From Candidatus Saccharimonadota bacterium (GTDB taxonomy: Bacteria > Patescibacteriota > Saccharimonadia > Saccharimonadales > Saccharimonadaceae), in NCBI GenBank assembly GCA_030528995.1, contig JAUMXR010000002.1, positions 1-52,566 of the forward strand: a stretch of 52,566 bases of DNA, given 5' to 3'. Shown piece after piece: positions 30,000 through 39,480 of the stretch; position 1 is the stretch's first letter, and the number at the start of each line of letters is the position of its first letter. The position numbers were made by a program, and so were the translations under genes. The notes under the pieces were generated by a model. That model ran no database searches. It was not told where the DNA came from and was given only the letters and a program-made list of their open reading frames with translations.

Positions 30000-31112
30000 A
30001 TGAAATTCAAACGCGAATCCACTGTTGTTAAAACTAGCATTATTAGCATTCTTGCTAATTTCGTTTTGGTCGGTTTCAAGGCGGCGGTTGGCTTTATGTC
30101 GAATTCCATCGCCATTATTACCGATGCTGTCAATAACTTAAGTGATGCTCTTTCTAGCATTATCACCATCATCGGTACTAAACTCGCTGGCCGGGCACCT
30201 GACAAAAAGCACCCTTATGGCCACGGCCGTATTGAATACGTCACCTCCCTTGTGGTTTCCGCCATTGTTCTTTACGCCGGTATCACCGCCTTAGTGGAGT
30301 CCATCAAGAAAATTATTTACCCAGAGATTCCAGATTATAATACTCTCACTATTATTATTCTTGTTGCCGGTATTATTATTAAATTTGTACTAGGTCTCTT
30401 TGTTAAAAACACCGGCAAAAAAGTCCATTCCGATTCTCTCGTCGCGAGTGGCATCGACGCCTTCAATGATGGCCTTCTCTCCATTTCGGTGCTTGCTTCG
30501 GCTATTATTTATATGGTCTGGCAAGTCGACCTCGAAGCCTATGTTGGCATTCTAGTTTCCCTCTACATTATCAAGACTGGTATCGACCTCATCAAGGCCT
30601 CCGTCGATAATATCCTCGGTACTAGAGCCGAAAGTACGCTCACCAGAAAAATCAAAAAAGAAGTCACCAAAGATCCTGATGTCGAAGGCGCTTTTGACCT
30701 TGTGTTAAACGATTACGGTCCTGATAAATACTTAGGTTCTATTCACATCGAGATGCGAGATACTCTCACTGTCGCCGAACTTGACCAAATTTCTCGTCGC
30801 ATTTCCAAAAACATTCTCGCAAAATACGGTGTCATTCTTCATACCATTGGCGTGTATTCCGTCAATACTAAAGACAAAACCATCGCGAAAATCCAGCAAG
30901 ACATCCGCGACGTGGTCTTCTCCCACCAAGGCGTTCTCGAAATGCACGGCTTCTATCTAAATGAAACCGAAAAGACCATCAACTTCGACATCATTATTGA
31001 TTTTGCCGTCGAAGACCGAAACAAGCTCTACGAGCATATTTACGATGAGGTCCAGGCCAAATACCCAGATTGCAAGCTTTACATTACTTTGGATGTCGAC
31101 GCCAGTGACTAA
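30000..31112 (+). CDS. cation diffusion facilitator (CDF) transporter
   Basis: SIAIITDAVNNLSD and PDKKHPYGHGRIE motifs, about 6 TMs, C-terminal cytoplasmic domains. Confidence 0.93.
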   Translation: MKFKRESTVVKTSIISILANFVLVGFKAAVGFMSNSIAIITDAVNNLSDALSSIITIIGTKLAGRAPDKKHPYGHGRIEYVTSLVVSAIVLYAGITALVESIKKIIYPEIPDYNTLTIIILVAGIIIKFVLGLFVKNTGKKVHSDSLVASGIDAFNDGLLSISVLASAIIYMVWQVDLEAYVGILVSLYIIKTGIDLIKASVDNILGTRAESTLTRKIKKEVTKDPDVEGAFDLVLNDYGPDKYLGSIHIEMRDTLTVAELDQISRRISKNILAKYGVILHTIGVYSVNTKDKTIAKIQQDIRDVVFSHQGVLEMHGFYLNETEKTINFDIIIDFAVEDRNKLYEHIYDEVQAKYPDCKLYITLDVDASD

Positions 31113-31166
31113 AATGTGATATAATCATAACAATAATAGTAATGGGTGCGGCAATAAGGAGGTAAC

Positions 31167-31991
31167 ATGCTGACGCCAGCACAAATCTTAGAAAAAACCA
31201 TCACCGTCGGTGAACAAAAAGCCAACCTCAAATGGTGGCAAATGCTCGTTCTCGGCATCTTCGCCGGGATGTTTATTGCGCTTGCCGCAACTGGAGCAAC
31301 TTTTGGCAATATCTACGGCGGCAAAATTGCCGGAGCTTGTATTTTTACCGCAGGCCTCGCTATGGTAGTCGTGGCTGGTAGCGAACTGTTCACTGGCAAC
31401 AACCTAATGCTCGCCGCCCTCTTTGACCGCAGAATCGGGTTAGTCAAACTTCTCAAAAACTGGATACTGGTATTTTTCGGAAATTTCCTCGGCGCTTTGT
31501 TCGTCGCCGCAATCGTTACATTAAGCGGAGTTTTTGGGCCAGTTTCCGAAACAGTTATAACGACAGCCAGCGCTAAAGTCAACCTCCCATTCTTCGAGGC
31601 GATTTTGCGTGGTGTTCTTTGTAATGTTTTGGTCTGTATCGCGGTCTGGATGGCTTTTGCCGCCAATACGGTTCAGGGCAAAATCGCCGCCGTTTTCCTT
31701 CCGGTAATGCTATTTGTGCTTTGTGGTTTTGAGCACTCCGTCGCCAATATGTTCTACATTCCAGCCGGCATGTTCCAAGGCGCCTTCACCGGAGCCGCGG
31801 CTCCCACCATTCTGGAGTTCCTACTTCGCAATCTCCTGCCAGTCACTATCGGCAATCTCATCGGTGGCGCTTGCCTCGTTGCTGGCGGCTATTATTTGGT
31901 TTATCATAAAACCACGCGCGTGGAGTCTCAGCCGGAGGCGATTGCTACTACGTCGCACAAAACGACCAAACACAAATCAAAACGAGCCTAA
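31167..31991 (+). CDS. formate/nitrite transporter (FNT) family
   Basis: GSELFTGN, GVLCNVLVC, GFEHSVANM and VTIGNLIGG motifs. Confidence 0.95.
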   Translation: MLTPAQILEKTITVGEQKANLKWWQMLVLGIFAGMFIALAATGATFGNIYGGKIAGACIFTAGLAMVVVAGSELFTGNNLMLAALFDRRIGLVKLLKNWILVFFGNFLGALFVAAIVTLSGVFGPVSETVITTASAKVNLPFFEAILRGVLCNVLVCIAVWMAFAANTVQGKIAAVFLPVMLFVLCGFEHSVANMFYIPAGMFQGAFTGAAAPTILEFLLRNLLPVTIGNLIGGACLVAGGYYLVYHKTTRVESQPEAIATTSHKTTKHKSKRA

Positions 31992-32749
31992 TCCTTCTTC
32001 ACCATCAAATCTTCTAGGCTTTTCCCCGGATTTAGCACATCGAAATCGATATATTTTTCGTCGCCCTTGTAACCGGATAGCTCGCCACGGTCTTTGTACT
32101 GCCAAATTGTCCAGTCGCCGCCGAACTCTAAATACACTGGGAAATACACATTGCGCGCCCAGATGGGATAATCAGAAAAATCATCACGCAAATATTTATC
32201 ATAAACATCCTTCTGCGCGTATATCATTGGCTTAACTTTGTATTTATCCTCCATAACGGCCATAAAAATCTTAAGCTGCTTAGTCACTTCGCCTTTCTCG
32301 GGCGGATTCTCGGCGAATTTGCCATACATTTCGACATCTACGGCCGGGAGCAAACGACCGTCTAGTGAGCCCACGACTTCGATATATTTATCGGCCTGTG
32401 CTTCCCCGCCACTTTCGAACGAAAAGAAATGATAGGCCCCCGCCGCCATATTGGTGTCTTTGATGTTTTTCCAGTTAGCAGCGAATCTCTCGTCCACATG
32501 ATTTATGCCCTCGGTTGCTTTCATGTAAACAAATCGAATCCCCTGGTTAGATAGACTCTTCATGTCCACCTCACCTTGGTAGCTCGAGATGTCAACTCCC
32601 TTTAGCCCGTTCCCGACAAACCACTCATTGATAAATAGCTTCCGCTCTTTTATCATTAGATAACCCAAGAAAGCCAAACCAGCTAGCACTGCGAGCAAAA
32701 TCAGATTGATGACCAGTGTTTTTAGTTTGACAAAACCCAGTTTATTCAT
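31988..32749 (-). CDS. GH25 lysozyme-like muramidase, membrane anchored
   Basis: GVDISSYQG, MKATEG, GAYHFF, AVDVE and WTIWQY motifs. Confidence 0.93.
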   Translation of the reverse strand: MNKLGFVKLKTLVINLILLAVLAGLAFLGYLMIKERKLFINEWFVGNGLKGVDISSYQGEVDMKSLSNQGIRFVYMKATEGINHVDERFAANWKNIKDTNMAAGAYHFFSFESGGEAQADKYIEVVGSLDGRLLPAVDVEMYGKFAENPPEKGEVTKQLKIFMAVMEDKYKVKPMIYAQKDVYDKYLRDDFSDYPIWARNVYFPVYLEFGGDWTIWQYKDRGELSGYKGDEKYIDFDVLNPGKSLEDLMVKKD

Positions 32750-34205
32750 ACCCTTTTTCCTTACGATACTGTTGTTTCATCTTTTTCACCGTCAAATTAT
32801 CAAATGCGAACTTGTCTGGGTCTATTCCGTAGTTTTTACACTTTTCATAAATCTTGCTTCTGATATCATCCAAATACGTTTTATCGTGTTTAGCGATTTT
32901 AGGTGCAAGTTTTTCTAAGGTAACCATAAAAGTGTTGCCACCTAATTGGATTTTTTTATCATGTTTTCCCATAACCGTGAGGTCGTATCCTCCTGTAGCT
33001 TGAAATGATTTTATCATGGCTGGGAAGTGTTCGTGGAGTTGCTTTTTAAAGAAGTCATACATTTTTTGCCCTTGTAAATCTTCTTGATTAAACCCAAGCT
33101 GTTTAGTGACATTCTCTAGGGCCTCGGCCTCATCTACTTTTCCCTTACCCTTTTGTTGCCACTTTCTCTCCGATTCCAAATAGCGCGAAAAGCGCTTGGA
33201 GAAGTCATTTTTCAGTCTTTCGACCTCCATTTCTACTAAACAATCATAGAATGGCATCCTTTTGCCACGATAATATTCTATATCATTTTGATGTGTAGCT
33301 ACCCAATCAATGGTAGTGCTTTTCAATACATTCTCAAGCAAATTCGCTCTAACTCCACTGTAAGAGCCTTGCTCCGGCTCAGCTCCATAACCTATATTAT
33401 CGTCTATTATTCCAGTTAAAACTGGTGGCTGATGAAAATGTTCTGCCAAATCAGGGCGCTCCTCTTTTAGTTGGCGCAAAACATCAAGATTCTTAAGTAA
33501 GTCTTTTGTCGAAGTATAAATAACTATTGTATCTGCTCTATCACCAGGTTCGTCAAATTTAAAATAATACGGCAGATGATTTTTTTCGTAGCAATCAACC
33601 AAAGCATCGACGGTGGCGTGAGTAGTGGTCGAATCTGTATTCAAATAGAATCGATGCTCTACATTGATTCTTTCTTCTTGTCTAGCGTTTACATAGCGAG
33701 ACTTGACGTGAGTCCAGCTGTCTTTTAAGTTCCAATTATACATTTTGAGAATATCAAACATCCCATAAGACTCTTCTTTATTAGGTATTTCGCTTATTGC
33801 CTTTCTCAGTTCCGACTCGGTTGAACATTCTGGGTGAGTTTTTAAAAAATTACGTATTTTTACGAAGCCATTCCCCAAGGTGTTAGCGTTTTTTGCATCG
33901 ATAAATTCTTCATATGTCATGTCTATCACAGAGTGTCTCCAACGGTCATACATTTTTTCTTCAAATCTCTGGCGAGCGGTCGGATTGATATAGTTGTGCT
34001 CTTTTTGTTCAACCCCGACTCGTTGTAAAGAACCATACAATCCACCAAAACCATCATCCCTTTTTGAATAAGCATCTATTATTGACAACATTGTCTCGTC
34101 GTTATCGATTGGGTTGTCAATAGCATCATAAAAATCTTTTAGGTTATTAATTACGTTTGGGTTATCAGGCCCTTCGCCATTGCCGCCCTTTATAGTTTCA
34201 CTCAT
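32742..34205 (-). CDS. protein with HopA1-like (T3SS effector family) domain
   Basis: RFYLN...YYFKF...RADTIVIY...PVLTGIIDDNIGYGAEP...SYSGVR follows the HopA1-family motif order. Confidence 0.6.
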   Translation of the reverse strand: MSETIKGGNGEGPDNPNVINNLKDFYDAIDNPIDNDETMLSIIDAYSKRDDGFGGLYGSLQRVGVEQKEHNYINPTARQRFEEKMYDRWRHSVIDMTYEEFIDAKNANTLGNGFVKIRNFLKTHPECSTESELRKAISEIPNKEESYGMFDILKMYNWNLKDSWTHVKSRYVNARQEERINVEHRFYLNTDSTTTHATVDALVDCYEKNHLPYYFKFDEPGDRADTIVIYTSTKDLLKNLDVLRQLKEERPDLAEHFHQPPVLTGIIDDNIGYGAEPEQGSYSGVRANLLENVLKSTTIDWVATHQNDIEYYRGKRMPFYDCLVEMEVERLKNDFSKRFSRYLESERKWQQKGKGKVDEAEALENVTKQLGFNQEDLQGQKMYDFFKKQLHEHFPAMIKSFQATGGYDLTVMGKHDKKIQLGGNTFMVTLEKLAPKIAKHDKTYLDDIRSKIYEKCKNYGIDPDKFAFDNLTVKKMKQQYRKEKGYE

Positions 34206-34257
34206 ATTACTAATATATCATATTATAAAACCTGAATGAATATGCTATAGTTAAATC

Positions 34258-34758
34258 ATGGCAGACGACGATACCGAAAAATGGGCGTTAAAATCAAAAC
34301 AAATTGAGGCAGAGCGCATGAAGGCCGCGCGAGACCTAGCAGGCCAAAAGCCCGATAAGGCTAATCTAGCATTTTTGGACCCCAAATCCACCAAAGTCAA
34401 AGGCTGGTCAAAAGATCCGGATGTGATTAAAGCCGACATTGAACGCATGGGCAATCTTGCGCTGATTTTTGCTGTTGCCGGCGCCGCGCTAAGCCTCATC
34501 GGCTACGTTGGTGGGATGGTGACATCGGCGTTTCAGTTTGGGCTTGGTGGAATGATTATTTCTGGATTACCAAGCGGCATCGGCTATCTGTGTCTCGGGA
34601 TTGCAGTGTTGCTGGGCCTAATCGTGATGGGCGTGGAATTGTATCAGAAAACCAAAAAAGGCGCCAAACTAACCTCGGCTTTCTGGACGGGCTTTAGTGC
34701 TATGCTTGTTGTGGTGGTATATTTAGCGGTTCAGATGCTATTGATGGCGTTGCATTAG
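34258..34758 (+). CDS. membrane protein
   Basis: About three TM segments; TGnTATAGT 6 nt upstream of the ATG. Confidence 0.75.
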   Translation: MADDDTEKWALKSKQIEAERMKAARDLAGQKPDKANLAFLDPKSTKVKGWSKDPDVIKADIERMGNLALIFAVAGAALSLIGYVGGMVTSAFQFGLGGMIISGLPSGIGYLCLGIAVLLGLIVMGVELYQKTKKGAKLTSAFWTGFSAMLVVVVYLAVQMLLMALH

Positions 34759-35470
34759 ATTCATTCGCAGCTACAGGGGGCTGCTCCGCTACTACTTCGC
34801 TCGTAGCCACGGAAGGTTGTTCTACTGCTATATCACCTGTAGTTGTGGAAGGTTGCTCTTTTGCTTGCCCTTCCGTCGCAATCTCTTTTTCTGGCTCGGG
34901 CTCTTTTGGTGTTTTTTCTATCGGCTTCTCTTCCTCTCTCACCAATACTCCTCGGATATCCGATGTGTTGTCCCACATCGAAATAATTGCCATTGTCAGC
35001 TCCATCGTAATCCTAAGCAGAATGTTTCCAATAATCAGCATCGCAAGACCAATTAGTATCATTGTTAATACTGTATCATCGCGCCCTTGGAACATGACAA
35101 TTATGCTAGTAATGGTAAGGACCACTGCTAGAAACACGTATAAGAATTTAATGATTCCGGCAATCATAATGGAGCGAAAATTTAAGAATTCTCTCAACCA
35201 TCGCATAAACCTTCCTCTTGGCGCCTTTTTCTTTTGTATCAAAAACACGAACACCAAACAGGCTATCACGAAAGATGAAATTGTTATGCCTAATACCATT
35301 CCTAGATTGATATTAGAAAAAGGTTCGAAATTTTCAAATAATTCACCAGTTGTATGAATAGTCGTTTCGTGTCTTGTTGCCTCCGGCTCCTCCAGCTCAA
35401 TTATTCTTTCGTCCACCACCCTCTCTTTTTGGGCGGAAGTATTAACGGTTGCTTCATTTGACTCAAACAT
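34700..35470 (-). CDS. DUF4282-like membrane protein with acidic/Pro-rich tail
   Basis: FLNFRSIMIAGIIKFLY...LRITMELTMAIISMWDNT pattern. Confidence 0.7.
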   Translation of the reverse strand: MFESNEATVNTSAQKERVVDERIIELEEPEATRHETTIHTTGELFENFEPFSNINLGMVLGITISSFVIACLVFVFLIQKKKAPRGRFMRWLREFLNFRSIMIAGIIKFLYVFLAVVLTITSIIVMFQGRDDTVLTMILIGLAMLIIGNILLRITMELTMAIISMWDNTSDIRGVLVREEEKPIEKTPKEPEPEKEIATEGQAKEQPSTTTGDIAVEQPSVATSEVVAEQPPVAANESNATPSIASEPLNIPPQQA

Positions 35471-35543
35471 TTTAAACCTTTCGAGTTAACCATTAGTATT
35501 ATAAATTTATAATAGCATGGCTAATCTGTTTTGTAAAATAGAG

Positions 35544-35705
35544 TTAGAATTCATATTCTTTGTTGAGCGAAAAGGTTTCACGGTCAACAAAAGTCTCCGA
35601 CAAGCACACTTTGGTGCCATCAATCAGCGAGAAATAATTAAGGATACAGCGATAAAGGCACCAAATACATTTGGTTCTCGCATCGATCTCTGGGCTTACC
35701 ACCAT
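35544..35705 (-). CDS. small Cys-containing protein (53 aa), absent from the ORF track
   Basis: MVVSPEIDARTKCIWCLYRCILNYFSLIDGTKVCLSETFVDRETFSLNKEYEF, preceded by a GAGGAGGTG SD. Confidence 0.55.
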   Translation of the reverse strand: MVVSPEIDARTKCIWCLYRCILNYFSLIDGTKVCLSETFVDRETFSLNKEYEF

Positions 35706-35791
35706 TTTTTCCACCTCCTCATTATTCCTCTACGCACTCGATATTTCCGTGTGATTATGATACAATGATTGTAAATTAGGAGGTAGATATT

Positions 35792-36532
35792 ATGACTGAA
35801 ATATTAGAGGGAGGATTTGGGAATAAAAAAACGGCTTTTGACTCTCTTTCTTCCGTCGAATTTGCTGGCAATAAGATTCCAGTAGAGATTTATTTGCAGG
35901 ATGCGGAGAGAAATCTATTAACCATGTCTAGAACTGCAAGGGGCGTAGTGGATACTTCTGCCAGCGCGAAAAAAGCAGAGTCCATGACTGGTGTATCCGG
36001 GGAAGCTGCAGCAGATTTAGCGAAACAAAATTTTGAAACCGCTATTCGGGAAGCCTATAATAATAAGGAAAGAGAGTTTGAATCTCCGGAGGACTTGAGA
36101 AAGTTTATCGAGAGTTTAGCGGCAACTGTCAATTCCGGCATTGTAAAGGAAGGTAATTTGATTCGAAGTTCTGATTCAGAAAAATATCCTTATGTTAGGA
36201 TTGCCAACTTAGAAAACTACATGAATAAATTTTACCAAGGTCTTTACGAACGAGTTCAAAACCCCGCAGCGGATCCAATCGAATCAGCAGCTTTTGCGGA
36301 GTTTGGAATAGACTTCGGTGGACATTTCTTCGCTGATGGATGCGGAAAAACGGCTAAAGTTGTTTCTAGCTTTATGCTGATGCGACATAATCATAAACTA
36401 CCGGAATATAAGGGCGGAAGAAGTGCTTACTACGCTAACCAACTTCAGCAAATTGCCGGAGAAGATGAAGCTGCCGATGAAGCTGGATATCGAAAGTTCC
36501 TAGAATATTACAAAGGCTTATTTTGGGAGTAA
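35792..36532 (+). CDS. Fic/Doc-fold protein with non-canonical active-site loop
   Basis: HFFADGCGKTAK in place of HPFxDGNGRxxR, in the usual helical context. AGGAGGT SD and TGnTACAAT upstream. Confidence 0.75.
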   Translation: MTEILEGGFGNKKTAFDSLSSVEFAGNKIPVEIYLQDAERNLLTMSRTARGVVDTSASAKKAESMTGVSGEAAADLAKQNFETAIREAYNNKEREFESPEDLRKFIESLAATVNSGIVKEGNLIRSSDSEKYPYVRIANLENYMNKFYQGLYERVQNPAADPIESAAFAEFGIDFGGHFFADGCGKTAKVVSSFMLMRHNHKLPEYKGGRSAYYANQLQQIAGEDEAADEAGYRKFLEYYKGLFWE

Positions 36533-36535
36533 ACT

Positions 36536-37120
36536 ATGGAAGATTTGGTAAAAGAATATCATAAAACACAATATCGGAACAAGGATAGAGTTCCTTATGT
36601 TGAACATCTTATCGGTGTGAAATCCATTTTGTCTTCAGTCTTGGAGATAACCGGGGAGTGCAAAGACGAGGTGCTACTAGGGGATATGCTAGATGCTGCG
36701 CTTGGGCATGATTTAATCGAAGATACAAGCGTTTCCAAAGATGAGATTATGAATGCGAGTGACGAGCGAGTCCTTCATCTGATAGAAGAGTTATCCAATC
36801 CAGTGGATGATACTCATACCGATGAATATATGAAGCAGATTAGTAACGCTTCAGAGGAGGCTAGGGTAATCAAGTATTGTGATTTACTAGAGAATACTAC
36901 TAGTGTTTGCTACGGTTTGCAAGATTTAGGGATTGGTTGGTTCTATAACTTCTACGAACCAATCCTAAAAAGAACTACCGACAATCTCGCAAACACTGAG
37001 TTTATTAATTACCCGAAAACTGCAAACCTATTGCGCTCTGCACTCAAAATGTCAACAAGTTTATTGTACGATAAGCTAAAACTATATAGAAAGGAGAATA
37101 ATGGAAGAATTGAAGAATAG
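36536..37120 (+). CDS. HD-domain hydrolase, Mesh1/SpoT-like
   Basis: HKTQYR, PYVEHL, HDLIEDT and VIKYCDLLEN motifs. Confidence 0.8.
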   Translation: MEDLVKEYHKTQYRNKDRVPYVEHLIGVKSILSSVLEITGECKDEVLLGDMLDAALGHDLIEDTSVSKDEIMNASDERVLHLIEELSNPVDDTHTDEYMKQISNASEEARVIKYCDLLENTTSVCYGLQDLGIGWFYNFYEPILKRTTDNLANTEFINYPKTANLLRSALKMSTSLLYDKLKLYRKENNGRIEE

Positions 37121-38399
37121 TAACGAAACTAGTTCATCTGGCCTATCAGGTGAATATAGCAGATTGGGGGAAGAAGTCCCATTCATAGGCCCAATCCCGC
37201 CAGATTTGAAGGATGTCCCAGAAAATGTCGCAAGAACATGTCTCAAACAACGTGAGGTAATGTATTCACCGGTCAATAAAAATATAATTTCATATAATCT
37301 GTATGCTAGAGCAGAGGAAAACCGAGATCCAGACAAATTCCCTCCAAAAGACGAGGAAGGCAAGACCGATAAAAGTGCCCTTAAATGCGCTATAGACGCT
37401 GAGGATTTTTGGGACCCAGAAAGAAAAGTTCTACAGGACTACGGTATCAAATGTCAATTCGAAAACACAGTTGCTTTATCAGAGAGTATGCGTAATGCTG
37501 AACGTAAGTTTGGAATACCAGCTACTATATATATGCTAAGTGGTATATCTGCAGCAGGAAAAACAACCGCCTGTAAAAATGTTGGTTTTCCTGGAATGTT
37601 ATATAAGATAAAACCTAATGGCGATAAAGGTAACCCAATCGGTACACTGGCAACAGATAATTCAAAAGATTACTTATGGATGGCAGGTGGTAATTGTAAT
37701 CAGATTCATCCTGAAAGCTCCATGATGATGAGGAAGGTAGATGCACTTTGGGCTGAATATGTATCTCAAAAAGGTGGGGATTGCTCAGAAGTTAGGGATA
37801 AGACTTTTAGTGATATAAAAGATGTGAGGGATGTCGTACAAAATGCCCAAGAAACAAGTCGTCGCATTTATGATCTGGACATTGATGTCCCATTTATAGT
37901 TTCCGCCGTTGGAGTAATGATGAGACAAAAAGGTAGCCATGAGCCTCATCCGGCATTTGACTATCTTAAAGATAATTACGTATCAATGAAAGAGACGAGG
38001 CACGAGAAGTTAACGAAAATGTACCCGGAATCTGGGGTCGAAGTTTCTTATTCTTTGAAATGCTACGATTATACTAGCAATCCAAAAGAAAGGCAAAAGG
38101 AGGTTGCTTATTATAAAAAAGATGAGGATGGTAACCTTGTTTTGGAAATTATCGACGAGAAGTTATATAATCAAGCGGTAATAGACAATGACGATTCCAG
38201 GGTAAAGTGCAAAGAAGAAGCTGACTTTGTCGGAAGTCAATGTGTAACTAGGGAATTTATAGATAACTACTGTAAGGCATATATTAATCCAGAAGACAAA
38301 GGCACAATAAAGGGAATAAAGGAAGGCTTGGAGGCATATATTGATGATGATAATCCAAAAACGATTACAGAGATACTTAACGATAATGCTAAAGCATGA
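37101..38399 (+). CDS. P-loop kinase, zeta-toxin-like
   Basis: YMLSGISAAGKTT Walker A, then DNSK and IHPESS motifs; AGAAAGGAG SD. Confidence 0.6.
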   Translation: MEELKNSNETSSSGLSGEYSRLGEEVPFIGPIPPDLKDVPENVARTCLKQREVMYSPVNKNIISYNLYARAEENRDPDKFPPKDEEGKTDKSALKCAIDAEDFWDPERKVLQDYGIKCQFENTVALSESMRNAERKFGIPATIYMLSGISAAGKTTACKNVGFPGMLYKIKPNGDKGNPIGTLATDNSKDYLWMAGGNCNQIHPESSMMMRKVDALWAEYVSQKGGDCSEVRDKTFSDIKDVRDVVQNAQETSRRIYDLDIDVPFIVSAVGVMMRQKGSHEPHPAFDYLKDNYVSMKETRHEKLTKMYPESGVEVSYSLKCYDYTSNPKERQKEVAYYKKDEDGNLVLEIIDEKLYNQAVIDNDDSRVKCKEEADFVGSQCVTREFIDNYCKAYINPEDKGTIKGIKEGLEAYIDDDNPKTITEILNDNAKA

Positions 38400-38405
38400 A
38401 CGGTA

Positions 38406-38434
38406 TTGACTTTTTATGATAAATATGATAAAAT
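38406..38434 (+). promoter_or_regulatory. sigma70-type promoter
   Basis: TTGACT-17 nt-TAAAAT with extended TG. Confidence 0.65.
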
Positions 38435-38473
38435 TAAGTAAGTCCATGGTTAGGACTAAAAGGAGGTGAAGAC

Positions 38474-38683
38474 ATGGGAGATGCATTAAAAACGAAAGAG
38501 CCATTTGATTATGGCGAGTTTGTAAAGTGCTATCTTCATGATAGGGGAGATTGCGAAATGCTCACTGGCGAGGAGCCCGATGACGTAAAAGCTCAATATG
38601 AGAGAAGATACTACGATCATGACGAGATTAAGACGATCGCTGAGTTTGGCGACTATTTAGACAAAATGGACGCTTCCTGTTAA
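38474..38683 (+). CDS. small acidic hypothetical protein
   Basis: 69 aa with an AAGGAGGTGA SD, its own promoter and a terminator. Confidence 0.75.
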   Translation: MGDALKTKEPFDYGEFVKCYLHDRGDCEMLTGEEPDDVKAQYERRYYDHDEIKTIAEFGDYLDKMDASC

Positions 38684-38754
38684 TCTCCATTAAGATTAGG
38701 CTACAAACATCTATAATTGATATTTAATTGTGGGATAATAGCCAATCACCATTT

Positions 38755-38779
38755 GCCGCCGGCATTGCCGGCGGCTTTT
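38755..38779 (+). terminator. rho-independent terminator
   Basis: GCCGCCGGC-ATT-GCCGGCGGC-TTTT. Confidence 0.7.
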
Positions 38780-38833
38780 CATGCATTGTAGCTAAACAGT
38801 ATTTGTGCCATACGGAAAGAGTGTTATAGTATA

Positions 38834-38862
38834 TTGACAAAATAAACTTCTTATGCTATAAT
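38834..38862 (+). promoter_or_regulatory. perfect consensus promoter
   Basis: TTGACA-17 nt-TATAAT with extended TG. Confidence 0.75.
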
Positions 38863-39007
38863 ATGAGTATGATAGGTTTGAGGTTGAACATGAAATAGCC
38901 CAACTGAGTACATTCACAATTATCACCTTGCTTCATGGGGAGGGAGCAGATTTTAAGCTTTAGGGATATAGTGTTGTGATACTGACGAGATGGAAGGAGA
39001 ACAACAA

Positions 39008-39433
39008 ATGAGTAGTTATGAAACTTATGAAGCTGCACAGAAGGATTTTTCGGCATTCGCAGGGTATTATGTAATATTAAAATATGGCTACAAAACCTGG
39101 AGCGAGCACTTTGGCTCAAGGAAGCACGGACAGTATTATTGCCACACTGGATATAGCACCGATGAAGACGCTAATTTTAAACAGTACGAATTATTCCAAG
39201 TAGGCAAGAGAGGAGGCTTAAAGAGGCTCCATCTGGTAGCAAAAACATTGCCGGAAGGGACTCCATTCGTCCGTACTGTGGAACCGGACAAAGCAACTTG
39301 TTGTTATTATAAGTATGAAGATGGCAGATATCAGTATTATATCAGAGAGGAGATATTAGACGCTCTTATCGAATCTGCTCCGGAGACAGAATGGAAAAAA
39401 GGACCTAGTCCAGTAACGAATTATCATTGGTGA
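39008..39433 (+). CDS. hypothetical protein
   Basis: ORF track gives 38990..39433; the second ATG (39008) has an AAGGAG SD. Confidence 0.7.
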   Translation: MSSYETYEAAQKDFSAFAGYYVILKYGYKTWSEHFGSRKHGQYYCHTGYSTDEDANFKQYELFQVGKRGGLKRLHLVAKTLPEGTPFVRTVEPDKATCCYYKYEDGRYQYYIREEILDALIESAPETEWKKGPSPVTNYHW

Positions 39434-39449
39434 GGAGGTGAATAATTGT

Positions 39450-39480
39450 ATAGCTCTGACAGTAATGTTAGGGCTATTTT
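39450..39480 (+). terminator. rho-independent terminator
   Basis: ATAGCTCTGACA-GTAA-TGTTAGGGCTAT (with GU pairs) followed by a T-run. Confidence 0.6.

Noticed and set aside
34845-35357. 170-aa + strand ORF
   Set aside because: Antisense shadow of the DUF4282-like gene.
35517-35768. 83-aa + strand ORF
   Set aside because: No SD, runs over the Fic promoter, and overlaps a minus-strand ORF with a much better SD. Not fully excluded, because a TATAAT lies just upstream.
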